Source: Verrucomicrobiales bacterium (GTDB lineage: Bacteria > Verrucomicrobiota > Verrucomicrobiia > Verrucomicrobiales > SLCJ01). From it: a DNA stretch of 64,000 bases. Positions 19,593 to 31,261 of this stretch are shown piece by piece (positions within the stretch are counted from its first letter, which is position 1; each line of letters opens with the position of its first letter). A model generated the notes under the pieces. That model did no database searches. It had not been told where the DNA came from and saw nothing but the letters and a program-made list of their open reading frames with translations. The DNA lies in contig JBJTQJ010000021.1 in assembly GCA_046075565.1 (NCBI GenBank), positions 1 through 64,000 on the forward strand, in the 5' to 3' direction. Position numbers and translations under genes: made by a program.

Positions 19593-20699
19593 ATGACCCT
19601 GGCCGACATGGGATGGGACAAAACCTTCGCTGCCGCTTTCGCGCCCCTGCGCAAAACCGGATGGGTCCCCGCGCGTTTGTTCCGGGAAACCAGCATTGAC
19701 TTCGGAGCCATGCTCGAAGGCGGGGAAGAAATCCCCGCCGTGGTAGCGGGTAAACTCTGGCACGAGGCCGCGACCGACGCCGACCTGCCGGCCGTGGGCG
19801 ATTGGGTGGCCATCGATCGCGGCAAACCCGGCGAGGACCATGTCATCCGCGCCCTGCTCCCGCGGAAATCCAAATTCTCCCGCAAGGCCCCGGGCAAAAG
19901 TGTCGTCGAACAAATCATCGCCGCCAATGTCGATGCCGTGGCCGTGGTCACCGACGCGGGAGCGGATGACAACGAACGCCGTCTCGAAAGATACTTCGCC
20001 CTCATCGCGCGCAGCGGCGCGAAACCGGTGGTCGTGTTGAACAAGGCCGATCTCTTCAAAAAGGCCCATCTCGAGGAACGCGCCGCCGCCATTCACGCGC
20101 TCTGGGATGAAGCGGAGGTCGTCGTCACCAGCGCGCTCCGCCGCCGCGGACTGCGCGAGTTGCGCAAGTTCCTCGCCCCCGGTCTCACGCTTTGTCTCGT
20201 CGGATCGAGTGGCGTCGGCAAGTCCACCCTCGTCAATGAATTGCTGGGCGAAGAGTGGCAAGACACCGGAGAAGTGAATGAGGTCACGGGCAAAGGACGC
20301 CACACCACGACCATGCGCGAGTTGAACCGCGCGCCTTCCGGAGGATGGTTGATCGACAACCCGGGCATGCGGGAGATCCAGATGTGGACCGATGAGCGAA
20401 CCTTGCGGGAAAGTTTCGCTGATGTGGAAGTCATCTCGCACCAATGCCGCTTCCATGATTGCAAACATGGCAAGGACACCGCTTGCGCGCTGCGCGGAGC
20501 CGTCGCAGCGGGTTCACTTTCCGAAGAACGCCTCGCCAGTTTCCTGCGCCTCGAGGACGAAATCGCCCAACTTCAGCGTCTCGCCCGCAAACGCCAGATG
20601 ACCATCGAACGCTGGAGCAAACGCGGCAAACGCTCACTCCTGCGCAACTTCAACGACCGCATCGATCACGAACGCGACCAGCGCGCAGAGTGGCGGTGA
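19593..20699 (+). CDS. rsgA: Ribosome small subunit-dependent GTPase A
   Basis: [37 protein letters not shown]...CA zinc motif. Confidence 0.95.
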   Translation: MTLADMGWDKTFAAAFAPLRKTGWVPARLFRETSIDFGAMLEGGEEIPAVVAGKLWHEAATDADLPAVGDWVAIDRGKPGEDHVIRALLPRKSKFSRKAPGKSVVEQIIAANVDAVAVVTDAGADDNERRLERYFALIARSGAKPVVVLNKADLFKKAHLEERAAAIHALWDEAEVVVTSALRRRGLRELRKFLAPGLTLCLVGSSGVGKSTLVNELLGEEWQDTGEVNEVTGKGRHTTTMRELNRAPSGGWLIDNPGMREIQMWTDERTLRESFADVEVISHQCRFHDCKHGKDTACALRGAVAAGSLSEERLASFLRLEDEIAQLQRLARKRQMTIERWSKRGKRSLLRNFNDRIDHERDQRAEWR

Positions 20700-20702
20700 A
20701 AG

Positions 20703-20806
20703 GGCAGGGACCGCTGTCCCAGCGGTCCGTGAGATCGCGGGGAAATGGATCACGCGAATGCGTGGCACATCTTACCCCGCGGACGTTTGGGACAAACGTC
20801 CCTGCC
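20703..20806. repeat. Paired GGCAG-GGAC REP-like palindromes (copy 1 of 3)
   Basis: ggcagggaccgctgtcccagcggtccg and inverted cggacgtttgggacaaacgtccctgcc. Confidence 0.85.
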
Positions 20807-20962
20807 ATTTTTCATCGGACGATGCACAGTGGTGATGGCGGTTCCAGTCGGTCCAACCACGGCTACCACGCAAAACGCGGACCATCGGGTGATGATCCGC
20901 GTTTGCATTGGGTGACGCGCGCGGGCCGATGGCCCGGCAGGCGGGGATGGAGGGAAATGATA

Positions 20963-22804
20963 TCAGGCCAGGCGGGCGGCCAACAATTCGCGTTGGAAAA
21001 CGAGTTCCTTCGGCAGGTAATCGTAGAGTTTGAGGAACAATTCCCCTTGCGAGAGAACCTCGGCGCGCCATTCGGCTGGCACAAAGGCCATGACTTTTTC
21101 GAAGTCCTCTGCCGTGAATCCTTTGAGGCCGTCGATGTCGAACTCGGCGAGGTGAGGCACCCATCCGATTTTTGTCTCGTGGCCGATGGCGCGTCCGTGG
21201 CAGCGATCGACAATCCAGCGCAACACACGCATGTTTTCGCCGAATCCGGGCCAGAGCCATTTGCCTTCCTCGTCCTTGCGGAACCAGTTCACATGGAAGA
21301 ACCGCGGCAGGTTCTTGATCTTGCCGCGCATGTCGAGCCAGTGGTGGAAATACTGGCCCATGTTATAGCCGCAGAAGGGAATCATGGCCATGGGATCGCG
21401 GCGCACGCCGGCGGCGAGGCCGATGGCGGCGGCGGTGGTTTCGGAGCCCATGGTCGCACCCATATAGACACCGTGTGACCAGTTGAATGCCTGGTAAACG
21501 AGCGGCATCGTGTTGGGTCTGCGTCCGCCGAAGATGATGGCCGAAATCGGCACGCCTTCCGGCTTTTGCCAGTCCGGATCAATGGTCGGGCAATTCCCGG
21601 CCGGTGCGGTGAAACGTGCGTTGGCATGGGTGGCGGCGCGCCCGCAACTTGGCGTCCATTCCTTGCCGGTCCAGTCGATGAGATGGGCGGGCGGCTCTTT
21701 GGTCATTCCTTCCCACCACACATCGCCGTCGTCGGTGAGCGCGACATTGGTGAAGATGCAGCCGCTCTTGATCGAATCCATGGCGATGGGGTTCGTATCG
21801 TAGCTGGTTCCGGGGGCGACACCGAAGTAGCCGGTTTCCGGATTGATTGCGTGCAGTTTGCCGTCCTCGTGCGGCCAGAGCCACGCGATGTCATCGCCGA
21901 CGATGGTCGTCTTCCAGCCTTCCTTGCGGTATTTTTCCGGCGGCACAATCATCGCGAGGTTGGTTTTCCCGCAGGCCGACGGGAAGGCCGCTGCCACATA
22001 GGTCTTTTCGCCATCGGGGGCATGGATGCCGAGAATCAGCATGTGTTCGGCCATCCAATCGTGTTCTCGCGCGATGGTCGAGGCGATGCGGAGGGCGAGA
22101 CATTTCTTGCCGAGCAGGGCATTGCCGCCGTAACCGGATCCATACGACCAGATCTCGCGGGTGTCCGGGAAGTGGCAAATGTATTTGTCGTCGTTGCACG
22201 GCCAGCTCGAATCGGCTTGGCCGGGTTCGAGGGGAACGCCCACCGAATGGAGGCAGGGGATGAACTTGCCATGACCGTCGCGTTTTTTGGTAATAACCCC
22301 GCTCGCTTCGTCCTCAAGGCGCTTGAGCACATGGGCGCCCATGTGGGCCATGATGCGCATGTTGATCACGACGTAAGCACTGTCGGTGATTTCGATCCCG
22401 ATCTTGGCCAGGGGCGAATCAAGCGGCCCCATGCAGAAGGGAATCACATACATCACGCGGCCTTTCATGCAGCCTTGGAACTTGCCCTTGAGCAAAGTCT
22501 TCATTTCCTCCGGGTCGGCCCAGTTGTTGCTCGGCCCGGCTTCATCCTTGCGGCGCGTGCAAATGAACGTGCGGTCCTCGACACGGGCGACATCGGACGG
22601 CGCCGAGCGGGCGAGGAAAGAATTCGGACGCTTTTTGGGATCCAAGCGGGTGAAAATTCCTTTTTCGACCAGCAGATTGCAAAGAGTGGAATTCTCCGCT
22701 TCGGAACCGTCGCACCAGTGGACGGAATCCGGCTGGCAAAGTTCGGTCATGGAATTGACCCATTCAAGAAGGGCCTGGTGGCTGGTGGATGCTGCGGCGG
22801 TCAT
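20963..22804 (-). CDS. pckG: Phosphoenolpyruvate carboxykinase (GTP)
   Basis: [58 protein letters not shown]. Confidence 0.97.
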   Translation of the reverse strand: MTAAASTSHQALLEWVNSMTELCQPDSVHWCDGSEAENSTLCNLLVEKGIFTRLDPKKRPNSFLARSAPSDVARVEDRTFICTRRKDEAGPSNNWADPEEMKTLLKGKFQGCMKGRVMYVIPFCMGPLDSPLAKIGIEITDSAYVVINMRIMAHMGAHVLKRLEDEASGVITKKRDGHGKFIPCLHSVGVPLEPGQADSSWPCNDDKYICHFPDTREIWSYGSGYGGNALLGKKCLALRIASTIAREHDWMAEHMLILGIHAPDGEKTYVAAAFPSACGKTNLAMIVPPEKYRKEGWKTTIVGDDIAWLWPHEDGKLHAINPETGYFGVAPGTSYDTNPIAMDSIKSGCIFTNVALTDDGDVWWEGMTKEPPAHLIDWTGKEWTPSCGRAATHANARFTAPAGNCPTIDPDWQKPEGVPISAIIFGGRRPNTMPLVYQAFNWSHGVYMGATMGSETTAAAIGLAAGVRRDPMAMIPFCGYNMGQYFHHWLDMRGKIKNLPRFFHVNWFRKDEEGKWLWPGFGENMRVLRWIVDRCHGRAIGHETKIGWVPHLAEFDIDGLKGFTAEDFEKVMAFVPAEWRAEVLSQGELFLKLYDYLPKELVFQRELLAARLA

Positions 22805-23015
22805 GGTTTTGCGCGTTTGGTTTATCCCGGAGTTTGGGAGCAAATTCCGCCCACAGGCAAACCCCCCGGGCGACAATTCTATGAAAACACGCCCCGCCTA
22901 CATGGCAAGTGGATAGGTTTCCGCGCCCAGTTTATCGGAAGATATGCAAGAATTCCCCGTCCCTGCTTGCCGACAGGCGGAGAAACCGGGGATTCAGGGC
23001 CGAATCAAGAGGCGA

Positions 23016-23402
23016 TCACGCCACTCCGGCGTCATAACGCCAGCGTTTTTGGTCGGATTCGTCCTTCCAAACCGGTAGCTGACGGGAAGCCCGTTCGAAT
23101 TTGGGCAGCATGCGTTCACCGGCCACTTTGACCAGGCTGTCCAAATGCGTTTCCACGACTTTCAGACCGGCAAAATACAAATCATGAAGCCTGGCGACAC
23201 CTTCACTTCCGAAGGCCTCGGCGAAGTGTTCGCGCAGCAAAGCCGCTTCTTTTTTGCCGAGCATCAAAAGCGAAGGCATGTAGCCGCGCACCGAATTGCG
23301 CCGGATAAGCTTGATGATGGCTTCGGAATCCCAGACGTCGCCGATAAGCGTCTCCGATACATCGCGATCCGATCTTTCATCAATTTCTGGTGAAATGTGC
23401 AT
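23016..23402 (-). CDS. Hypothetical protein (128 aa)
   Basis: ATG-started ORF filling the intergenic gap, with an AT-rich upstream region; no motif recognised. Confidence 0.6.
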   Translation of the reverse strand: MHISPEIDERSDRDVSETLIGDVWDSEAIIKLIRRNSVRGYMPSLLMLGKKEAALLREHFAEAFGSEGVARLHDLYFAGLKVVETHLDSLVKVAGERMLPKFERASRQLPVWKDESDQKRWRYDAGVA

Positions 23403-23603
23403 TGTATTGTTATTGGGGTTTTACCTTAAGGCGCATTACGAGGGTTTCCCATGATGAATTTCATGCACATTATTCAAATCACCCCAATTTTGGGTATCAA
23501 TTTTGATTCATTGGTTGCCGGTCGGGTATGGCATTCGACATGAGAGTTCGTATTCAACGATGAAACCACACGACCTCCGGCTGGTTGCGCCGAATCCTTC
23601 AAA

Positions 23604-25532
23604 TTATTGTGTCACGCCCGCCTCGTGGCGGAAAACATGATAGCTGAATAGTTCTTCCCAGCCTTGTATGCGCGGGGCGACGGTGAACCCGGATTCAGGC
23701 GATTCGATAAAACGCACGAGTTCTCCATCGGCATTGCCATCATTTTGCGCGAGGGCGATGTTACGTCCGCAAAATGTTAGAACCACGGATTTTCCTTCCG
23801 CATCGGCTTCGCGGAGAATCTCCTTCAGTTCGGCGAGTGATTCGATGACACGCGTTTCAGGCGCGTAAGTGAGAATGCGTTTGGCGCTGGTGCCGAAGGT
23901 CACGAGGATGCGGTTGGAAATCGCGGCCTGCCCAAAGGTGGGGGCGGTTCCGGCGAGGGCGGCGGCCGCTTCGCGTGTCGGTTGGCGCGGCACGGTGGCC
24001 AGCCTGTGGTTTACCTTTCCAGAAATCGGCAACCAGAGCACGGCGAGAAAGAGGGCCACCACGGCCAGAAAGGCGCGACGTCCTAACAATCCATTGTTAC
24101 CTGCCTGCTCCGGTGCGAGAGCGACTCCCCAGCCGATGCAGAGAGCGAATAGGGAGAACTGGATATACCATGGGAAAACAGGATTTTCGGCGATCCGGTG
24201 GTGGGCGTAGGCGACAAGGGGGGCACTGATGACAATCAAACCGAGCAAACGTGCAAACGGCATGCGGGGGCGAAGAATCAAACGAGCGATCCCCACCAGA
24301 GCCAGGGCGGCTCCGAACCAGCAAAGAAGCTGGCCGGCCAAACCGAACTGATGCAAGCCCATGCCCAACGATTCCCCCGGAAGATCGCCCCGAGGAGGAA
24401 TTCCGGCCAGCCAATGAGAGAGGAAATCTTTTTCCCACCCGAAAGCGGGAACAAACGACATGGCCTTCTTGCTCTCCTTCATGTAATGCGCAAACTGCGG
24501 AAGCGCCGGCAAGGTGAGCAGCAACACGGGGATGGCGGCGAGGGCATTCCAAGCGACAAGGGAACGCAGAGCCGGCCAACGAGCCTCCCCCGGTGCCGCC
24601 CGCAGGAGATAGATCGCAGCCACCACATTCACGAGAAGCGCGAAATGGACGGAACCCGCAAAGGCGAGCAGATAACCCGCCTCGCAGACCGCGAAACCAA
24701 ACCACCAGCGGTGGCGGCCTTCCGCCATGGCACGCCAAAGGCAAAGCAGGCTGCTTGCCATCAGTGCGAGCATGACGCCGTATCCTCGAATCTCCACGCT
24801 GTAGCGCACGTGCCAAGGATGGAGGGCAAGGACGAATGCGGCGATCACACCTGCGCTCGCCCAACCCGCGCGTGCAGGCAACCAGCCCATGAGAAAGACC
24901 GTCACAAGGGAGGCGAGAAAGGGGATGATGCGTGCGACCGCTTCGGAGAACTCGCCGCGTTTGCGGGCTTCTTTGGATTGAAGGATGGCCGCTCCATCAA
25001 GAGTGGCGCGCGTGAGGATGCTGTTGAGCGTGTGATTGGATCCGGCCCGGTTGTAGAAGATGGTTTCCTTCCATGGGATCGTTCGGAATTTGAATTCTCC
25101 ATTCTTTTCTTTCCAATCCCCGTGGGCGTAGTCTTGCATCGTTGTCTCCTCGTCGTTCCAAAATGAATGGGTCAGACGTGGAGCGCGGGGAATGATGGCA
25201 ACGACAACAGCCGCGAGAAGAAGAAGGATGATGCGGCGTGCGACCGGACGCGGGCCATCAATAGCCGATGGGTGAGGGTTCGCCCACCACCGCGAAGTGG
25301 TAGCAAGAGCCAGAATGAGAAGCAAACCGCCTGCGCATCCCCACCAAAGAGTGATGTGCATGGCCTGATCGACCGTGGGCGCTTTACCTTCGGCGGCGCG
25401 AGTCGCGATAGCGGCTTTGGTTTCGGCGATTTTCCCCGGGCCGGGCAATTGGCTCAAGCCCGCCATGAGCAAACATCCGAAAACCGCCAGCAGCAGAAGG
25501 ATGGCGACAGGGCGGCGGTTGGAGTCGGGCAT
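23604..25532 (-). CDS. GT-C fold membrane glycosyltransferase (PMT/ArnT-like)
   Basis: SFWNDE after TM, NHTLNS, LHPWHVRYSVEIRGYG; more than 10 TM helices. Confidence 0.75.
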   Translation of the reverse strand: MPDSNRRPVAILLLLAVFGCLLMAGLSQLPGPGKIAETKAAIATRAAEGKAPTVDQAMHITLWWGCAGGLLLILALATTSRWWANPHPSAIDGPRPVARRIILLLLAAVVVAIIPRAPRLTHSFWNDEETTMQDYAHGDWKEKNGEFKFRTIPWKETIFYNRAGSNHTLNSILTRATLDGAAILQSKEARKRGEFSEAVARIIPFLASLVTVFLMGWLPARAGWASAGVIAAFVLALHPWHVRYSVEIRGYGVMLALMASSLLCLWRAMAEGRHRWWFGFAVCEAGYLLAFAGSVHFALLVNVVAAIYLLRAAPGEARWPALRSLVAWNALAAIPVLLLTLPALPQFAHYMKESKKAMSFVPAFGWEKDFLSHWLAGIPPRGDLPGESLGMGLHQFGLAGQLLCWFGAALALVGIARLILRPRMPFARLLGLIVISAPLVAYAHHRIAENPVFPWYIQFSLFALCIGWGVALAPEQAGNNGLLGRRAFLAVVALFLAVLWLPISGKVNHRLATVPRQPTREAAAALAGTAPTFGQAAISNRILVTFGTSAKRILTYAPETRVIESLAELKEILREADAEGKSVVLTFCGRNIALAQNDGNADGELVRFIESPESGFTVAPRIQGWEELFSYHVFRHEAGVTQ

Positions 25533-25693
25533 GGAAATCGTGCGGATAGGGATGCAGACGAGGGCACGTTAATTTGCACTTTCCTCATTTTCCAGATGAA
25601 ATGAAGGCCTGTTGGTTCGCTCAGGCCCGTCGCACGGTCCGCAAACCTGCGCTTTCCCCACGGCATGAACTCTCGGGTTAGAATGCCGCCAGC

Positions 25694-27145
25694 CTACCCA
25701 TTCTTGTAGAGCAGATAGAATGTGTTTTCCCGCACGTCGCCCCATCCGTGGATTCCGATGGCGGGAAGCCAGCCCCGCAAGTTGTGGGTTTCCTCATGGA
25801 GCAGACGGAAGCCGCCCTCCTCGAAGTCCCGCACCTCGAGCCGGTGGACATCGCCTCCGGTTTTTGTATCCCAGACCGCGAGGGTGCCGGGGGGAAGCTC
25901 GCGGAGGCGGGCAATCACGGTTGCCTTGTCGGGTCCGGACCACGGGGGAGATTCCCACGGGTCACGATCCCAAGCAATGGCCATGTAGGCCTGGCTCCAG
26001 ACGAAGCGCTCGATTTTCAAGGCGGCGTGTTCTTGATCGAAATGCTTCTTCAAGGAATCGACACCTCGCGCGTCGCGGTTCCAATGCGCGCCATCCACAT
26101 ACCAGAAGTTGAGCACGAAAGACAGCACCACGGCTGTTGCCCACAATCGGGGACCAATCCAGCGTGGCCTGCGGGCCGCGAGGGCATTCCATCCGACACA
26201 TCCCGCGATGGCCAGGCAGGGAGCGAAGCCGGAAAAATACCGGGCGTAGCCAGCCGAGCCGAACCATCCGAAGACCCGCATCATGGAATGGATGGCGAAG
26301 GTGAAAAGAAAAAGCGCGGCGATGAAACGCAGCCCGGGTTTTCTTGCCATGATGGCAAGGCCTGCGGCAACCGGGATCATGAGCAATGGTCCGACAATTT
26401 CCGGGAAGCGGGCGATGTATTCCCAGAAAGGACCTTTGCCGTAAGCGGCTCCACCCGCCTGCCAATCCGGTGGCCAGTTGTTCTTGAGGTAAAGCGGATC
26501 ACCCGAGATGGCCCATGATGCGAGAATCCAAAGCGCCAGGCCGGTGGCCAGCCAGAGGCTATTGAAACCCCGGCGGATGATGTTTTTCCCGGCCGCAGGG
26601 TTGGTGAGCAACATCACGCCCCAGACGAGGGCGATGAAGGCTCCTTCCGGCCGGGCACAGATACAGAAGGACGCGATCGCTGAGCCCGAGCGAAGGTGTC
26701 CGCGCACGTGCAAAAGCAAGGCGGCGGAGAGAATGGTCGCACACAGGGGTTCGGTCATCACATCACTCCACATGAGGAAGAGTGCCGGTTGAAGCAGGTA
26801 GAAGGGAATTGCCCGCCAGCTTCCGGCAATCCCGAGTTGGCGTGCGGTCAACCATGTCATGGCCGCGCCCGCGGTCGAAAGAATGGCCGACCAGAAGCGA
26901 GCCGCGTCGTAGCCGAGCAACGCGGGAACACAATGAAACAAACTGCAGGCGGGTCGTTGCCAGACACCGACGAACAAATCCGGATGCACCCAAGCCCAGC
27001 GGGCGAAAAGAAAGTGGTGCCCGCCATCCTGTTGATAACTATCAGGGTAAAGCAGGACAAGCAGCGCCCCGGTCACGAGGCACCCGGCCAACCAAAAGAA
27101 GGCGGTGCGTGTCGCGGGAGAAGATGCTGCGGAGGCTTCGGACAT
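25694..27145 (-). CDS. GT-C-like polytopic membrane protein
   Basis: QQDGGHH, MTEPL, ARPEG, ARYF; multiple TM helices. Confidence 0.65.
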   Translation of the reverse strand: MSEASAASSPATRTAFFWLAGCLVTGALLVLLYPDSYQQDGGHHFLFARWAWVHPDLFVGVWQRPACSLFHCVPALLGYDAARFWSAILSTAGAAMTWLTARQLGIAGSWRAIPFYLLQPALFLMWSDVMTEPLCATILSAALLLHVRGHLRSGSAIASFCICARPEGAFIALVWGVMLLTNPAAGKNIIRRGFNSLWLATGLALWILASWAISGDPLYLKNNWPPDWQAGGAAYGKGPFWEYIARFPEIVGPLLMIPVAAGLAIMARKPGLRFIAALFLFTFAIHSMMRVFGWFGSAGYARYFSGFAPCLAIAGCVGWNALAARRPRWIGPRLWATAVVLSFVLNFWYVDGAHWNRDARGVDSLKKHFDQEHAALKIERFVWSQAYMAIAWDRDPWESPPWSGPDKATVIARLRELPPGTLAVWDTKTGGDVHRLEVRDFEEGGFRLLHEETHNLRGWLPAIGIHGWGDVRENTFYLLYKNG

Positions 27146-27201
27146 TGGCCGGCAAACCTGCGGCAAAGACACGTGAAAGCAACCGGAAGCCGGTCCATCA
27201 T

Positions 27202-29199
27202 TCACTGCGCATTCAGTTTCACGGCATGGGTTTGGCCCGTCGGGCCGGTTACCGAGAGAATCACGCGCTCCTTCGTCCGGACAGTCACTTTTTCGAGCTC
27301 GCCCTCGCGTTCGACCTCAAGATCCCATGACTTGCCGAAGGCACCGACATCACGCAACGCCATACGCGGCCACGCCTTGGGCAACCGGGGCGTGAACTCA
27401 AACGAATCCAGTCCGGTCGGCACGATGCCAAACATTCCCTCGGTAAAGACCCGCGGATACAGCGAGCCGGGACAAAGCATATCGATGGCGTCCTCATCGG
27501 GATAGGGGCCACGGGGACCAAAGATCTGTGCCTTCACGACCCGTTGCGTCAAATCGAGTGCTTGTTCGGTGCGACCGCCCAGGAACAATGCCCGCAGGGC
27601 ATAATAGGTCTCGCGCCCCCACTCGGTTTCGCGGCGATTGGATGCTGCTAGGATGTCACCTCCCTGCATGCGATTCGGCCAGAGTTTGTCGGAGACCATC
27701 GCGTCGAGGGTCGCATCCTGTCGCTCGGTGATGCCCATGGCGAGTGGCAGCAAGATCCATCCGCGTAGCACGTCAATTTCTTTGAAATAGCGGTAGGTTT
27801 TGAACCCCTCGATCTCGGCACCGAAGAATGACTCGATGGCCACGCGCAGCTTGTCAGCCCGTTGGTCGAACTCCGCTGCCTCAGGTTTGCCAAGCGAGCG
27901 GGCAAGATGGGCGGCCAGACGATAGCCACCATAGGCGAGTGAGGATGTGCTCAGATTCGCATCGCCGGTTGGATAGCGTCCTTCCATTTTATCGGTCTTC
28001 GATGCGACGATGCCATCGGCCCTCGTGTTTCGTTGCACGGACTCGGCGCTGAACTGGATGAGCGGCCACATCTCCTCGGCGGCGGCCCGATTACCTTGGA
28101 AGAGGAGGAACTTGGATAGTCCATAGAGCACCATGGCGTCATCTCCCCGCCAGCGCTGGGTGAGCTTTAATGGTGCATGCTCGAAGGAACCGGGAAAGGG
28201 ATCGATTCCAAACTCGCGGCAGTGATTGAGCCAGACCCGATATATGTTCATGCTCGCCTTGTTGAGGGAAGCGTCTCCGAAAAACGGAAAAAGCGGGCTC
28301 GAGTATTCCACAGGATCATTGGCCCAAATGCCGGGCGAATACGTGAGACTGCCATTGTGGGTAATGATGCCCTTGTGGGTCTCGATCGGAGTCTCGAGCA
28401 CATGGAATTTCTGCAAGGCATAAGCGACATTGACATCGCGATCGGGGGTTTCGAGCCGGCCGGGACCAACCGATGCCGCCTTCCAGAGTGCCAATCTTGC
28501 CGCATCTTCATCATCGAAGTCCACGGCGGGAAGATCCGGTTCGTCGAGCAGACGCGCTTGCAAGCTGGCGAAAAGCCGGAATTCATCTCCCGGTGGCACG
28601 GGAGTCGGCTCGACCGCGGCGGTTTGCCAAATCATGAGGACTGATTCGCCTTCCCGTCGTTCGACCCGCCCCTCGGAAACCGACATCTGGACTTCAAGCT
28701 TGCGGTCATTCCGCACCTTCCATTCCTCGATTACCAGTGCTTTCCTCATCGAAGGATAGATCGTCCTCGTGACCACCATGCCGTCTTTCTCCGGATAGGC
28801 CAGGGTCAGCCGGCCGTCAAAGGCGACTCTGGCGGGCGGCCCCAACTCCAACGGGGTGCCGTTGATCCGGATGTCTGGCACCACATCCTTCTTCTCATCG
28901 AAAATGGCCTTGCCCTTGTCGGTGCGTCCGGCGGGCACGTTGAAGAAACGGACCATGTGCGAATAACCCTTACCGGGGTCGACCGCGACCTGCATGACTA
29001 CTTTGCGGCCTTGCATACAAAGCACGACCGGCGCCAGCCCCTCTTTCGGCACATGGAAAATCGTTCCGTCCTCCTCGTGTTGCCAGAAAGCAGGATCGTT
29101 GGCAGAGCGGGCGGGAAGACTCAGGAAAAAGACCAGCCCTATGGCGATGGAAAGTTTTGCGAGGAGACCTTTGTGTTTTTGTGCTTGGAATCGATTCAT
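27202..29199 (-). CDS. Secreted six-hairpin glycosidase-like protein
   Basis: Signal peptide; IWANDPVEYSSPLFPF, RGDDAMVLYG, LRGWILLPLAMG, TEGMFGIVPTG, FTPRLPKAW. Confidence 0.7.
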   Translation of the reverse strand: MNRFQAQKHKGLLAKLSIAIGLVFFLSLPARSANDPAFWQHEEDGTIFHVPKEGLAPVVLCMQGRKVVMQVAVDPGKGYSHMVRFFNVPAGRTDKGKAIFDEKKDVVPDIRINGTPLELGPPARVAFDGRLTLAYPEKDGMVVTRTIYPSMRKALVIEEWKVRNDRKLEVQMSVSEGRVERREGESVLMIWQTAAVEPTPVPPGDEFRLFASLQARLLDEPDLPAVDFDDEDAARLALWKAASVGPGRLETPDRDVNVAYALQKFHVLETPIETHKGIITHNGSLTYSPGIWANDPVEYSSPLFPFFGDASLNKASMNIYRVWLNHCREFGIDPFPGSFEHAPLKLTQRWRGDDAMVLYGLSKFLLFQGNRAAAEEMWPLIQFSAESVQRNTRADGIVASKTDKMEGRYPTGDANLSTSSLAYGGYRLAAHLARSLGKPEAAEFDQRADKLRVAIESFFGAEIEGFKTYRYFKEIDVLRGWILLPLAMGITERQDATLDAMVSDKLWPNRMQGGDILAASNRRETEWGRETYYALRALFLGGRTEQALDLTQRVVKAQIFGPRGPYPDEDAIDMLCPGSLYPRVFTEGMFGIVPTGLDSFEFTPRLPKAWPRMALRDVGAFGKSWDLEVEREGELEKVTVRTKERVILSVTGPTGQTHAVKLNAQ

Positions 29200-29281
29200 G
29201 GGAAAACGCGTGGTAGGTCGAGTGGCACAGGAATCTCTGTGCCCATCTATGGAATCTGTGGTTCTCATTTTGGGTATTTCC

Positions 29282-30070
29282 TTAATCCTGCATCAGCGCC
29301 GAGCGTCCTCCATCCATCAAGATGGTATTGCCCGTGATGAAGCCGCTGAGCGGCGAGGCGAGAAAGGCGCAGAGATTGCCGACCTCTTCCGGCGTGCCGA
29401 TGCGTCCGACCGGATGCATCCGGTTCGTGCGCGCGCGTTCGGCTGCCGCATCCGGAAAGGAATCGAACCACTTCTGGTTTCCCGCCGTGTCGATGAACCC
29501 CGGCGCCACCCCGACCACGCGGATGGAAGGGCCCCATTCGATGGCGAGGGCTTGCACCAATCCTACGAGTCCGCTTCTGGCGACGTTGTAGGGAAAACAA
29601 CCGGGAAAGGTGTGGAAAGCGTGGTTCGAGCCCATGACGATGAGCACTCCTGGTTGGGCCATCGCAAGGTGGGGTTGGGCCGCTTTGGCCAACCGCCAGT
29701 GTGAAGCGAGATTGAGATTCATGTTTTCGTCCCATTGCTCCTCGCTGGTCGAACTCGCCCCGGAAAAGGCATTGCGGCCGGCATTGCAAACCACGATGTC
29801 GAGTCCACCGAGAATCCCCACGGCTTCTTCAACCAACCGCGCCGGTTCCGCCGGAATCCGGAAATCACCGCTCAGGTAGCGGGCCATGACACCCGCTTTG
29901 GCCATCTCCTCGAGAAATACCAACGCACGCGGATGATCGGGTGCCACCGTGCCGGTGCCGACCACCTGGCACCCTGCCCGGGCGAGAACACTCGCGACCC
30001 CCGCTCCCACGCCGTCGCTGGCCCCGGTGACGAGTGCCCTCTTTCCTGTTAGGTCAATGGTCAGAGGCAT
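29282..30070 (-). CDS. SDR family oxidoreductase (catalytic YxxxK reads YxxxR)
   Basis: TGASDGVG, CNAG, YNVAR, APGFIDT, ITGNTILMDGG. Confidence 0.88.
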   Translation of the reverse strand: MPLTIDLTGKRALVTGASDGVGAGVASVLARAGCQVVGTGTVAPDHPRALVFLEEMAKAGVMARYLSGDFRIPAEPARLVEEAVGILGGLDIVVCNAGRNAFSGASSTSEEQWDENMNLNLASHWRLAKAAQPHLAMAQPGVLIVMGSNHAFHTFPGCFPYNVARSGLVGLVQALAIEWGPSIRVVGVAPGFIDTAGNQKWFDSFPDAAAERARTNRMHPVGRIGTPEEVGNLCAFLASPLSGFITGNTILMDGGRSALMQD

Positions 30071-30075
30071 GGTGG

Positions 30076-31242
30076 TCAAACGTAGAAGTTTTCTTTGGCT
30101 CCGAGTTCACGGATGCCGGGATGGGCCAGCATGGCATCCTCCACCAGATCCACGCCAAGTCCTGGGCGCTCGCTGAGGTGGAGTTTTCCTTCGCGCACAT
30201 CGAACGGATGGTCGATGACTTCGTCGCGCTATGGCACATCGTTGAACATGAATTCACAACGGAAGAAATTCGGAATGGCCGCACAGACATGCGCGCTGGC
30301 CAGCGTGCTGAGCGGTCCGTTCGGATTGTGCGGGGCGACCAGCACGTTGTAGGCCTCCGCCATGGTGGCGATGCGTTTCATCTCCGACGGACCGCCACAA
30401 CGCGTGATATCCGGCATGACGATGTCACAAATGTGATTTTCAAAAACCGGGCGGAAATTGTGGCGGGTGTAATGCCGCTCGCCGACACAGATCGAGACAT
30501 TGCCGGGCAATCGCTCGCGCAGGGCGCGCAAGGTGTCGGCATTTTCAGGTCCGGCCGGCTCTTCATACCACGTCATGCCAAGGGGCGCGAGGCGTTCGGC
30601 CATTTTCACCGCCATCTGACCGTTCATCATGGCGTGAGTCTCGATCATCATGTCCATCTCCGGGCCGACGGCATCACGCACCGCCTTGGTCACCTCGTAA
30701 GCCCGATCCTGCATCTCAGGGGTGAGCGCGAGGTTGGTATTCAGGTCCGTGCCGTAGAGGTAATTGGTGTGGGCGAAAGGATCAAACTTGAGTCCACCGA
30801 AACCAGCGGCCTTCACCTTGGCGGCTTGTCGTGCTTAGTCCTCCGGTGTGTGGCCGCCACCGGTGAAGCAATAATTCGCATACAGATCGATGGAAGTGCG
30901 GAAGGCTCCGCCGAGCAATTGATACGCAGGCACTCCGAGCACCTTGCCTTTGAGGTCGAGCAATGCCATGTCCAATCCGCTGATCGCGCACATCGAAGCG
31001 CCGAATGGCCCGAACCAGTTGAGGTCGCGGTAAAGTTTTGTCCAGATGAAACCCGTGCGCATCGGATCGAGTCCGATCACGCGTTCGCCGACATGGCGGG
31101 CGGCCACTTCAATGATGGGCGAACCCGGCCAGTTCGTGGCCTCGCCGACGCCTGTGTGCCCGGTGTCGGTGAATACCTTGAGCAGCGTCCAGTTGTATTT
31201 GACTCCTTCGACCAGCCAGACTTTTACTTCGGTGATTTTCAT
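30076..31242 (-). pseudogene. Mandelate racemase / galactonate dehydratase-family enolase with two in-frame stops
   Basis: One frame of 389 codons, MKITEVKVW...ENFYV; TAA at 30835-30837 (PED*ARQ) and TAG at 30229-30231 (DVP*RDE); KFDPF, YEEP, GER, APHN motifs. Confidence 0.9.
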
Positions 31243-31261
31243 AATGCCTTGCTTCGTTTTC

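Noticed and set aside
19439-20092. 218-aa N-terminal extension of the helicase shown in the ORF track
   Set aside because: It overlaps rsgA on the opposite strand; helicase homology starts at METPPF (19438).
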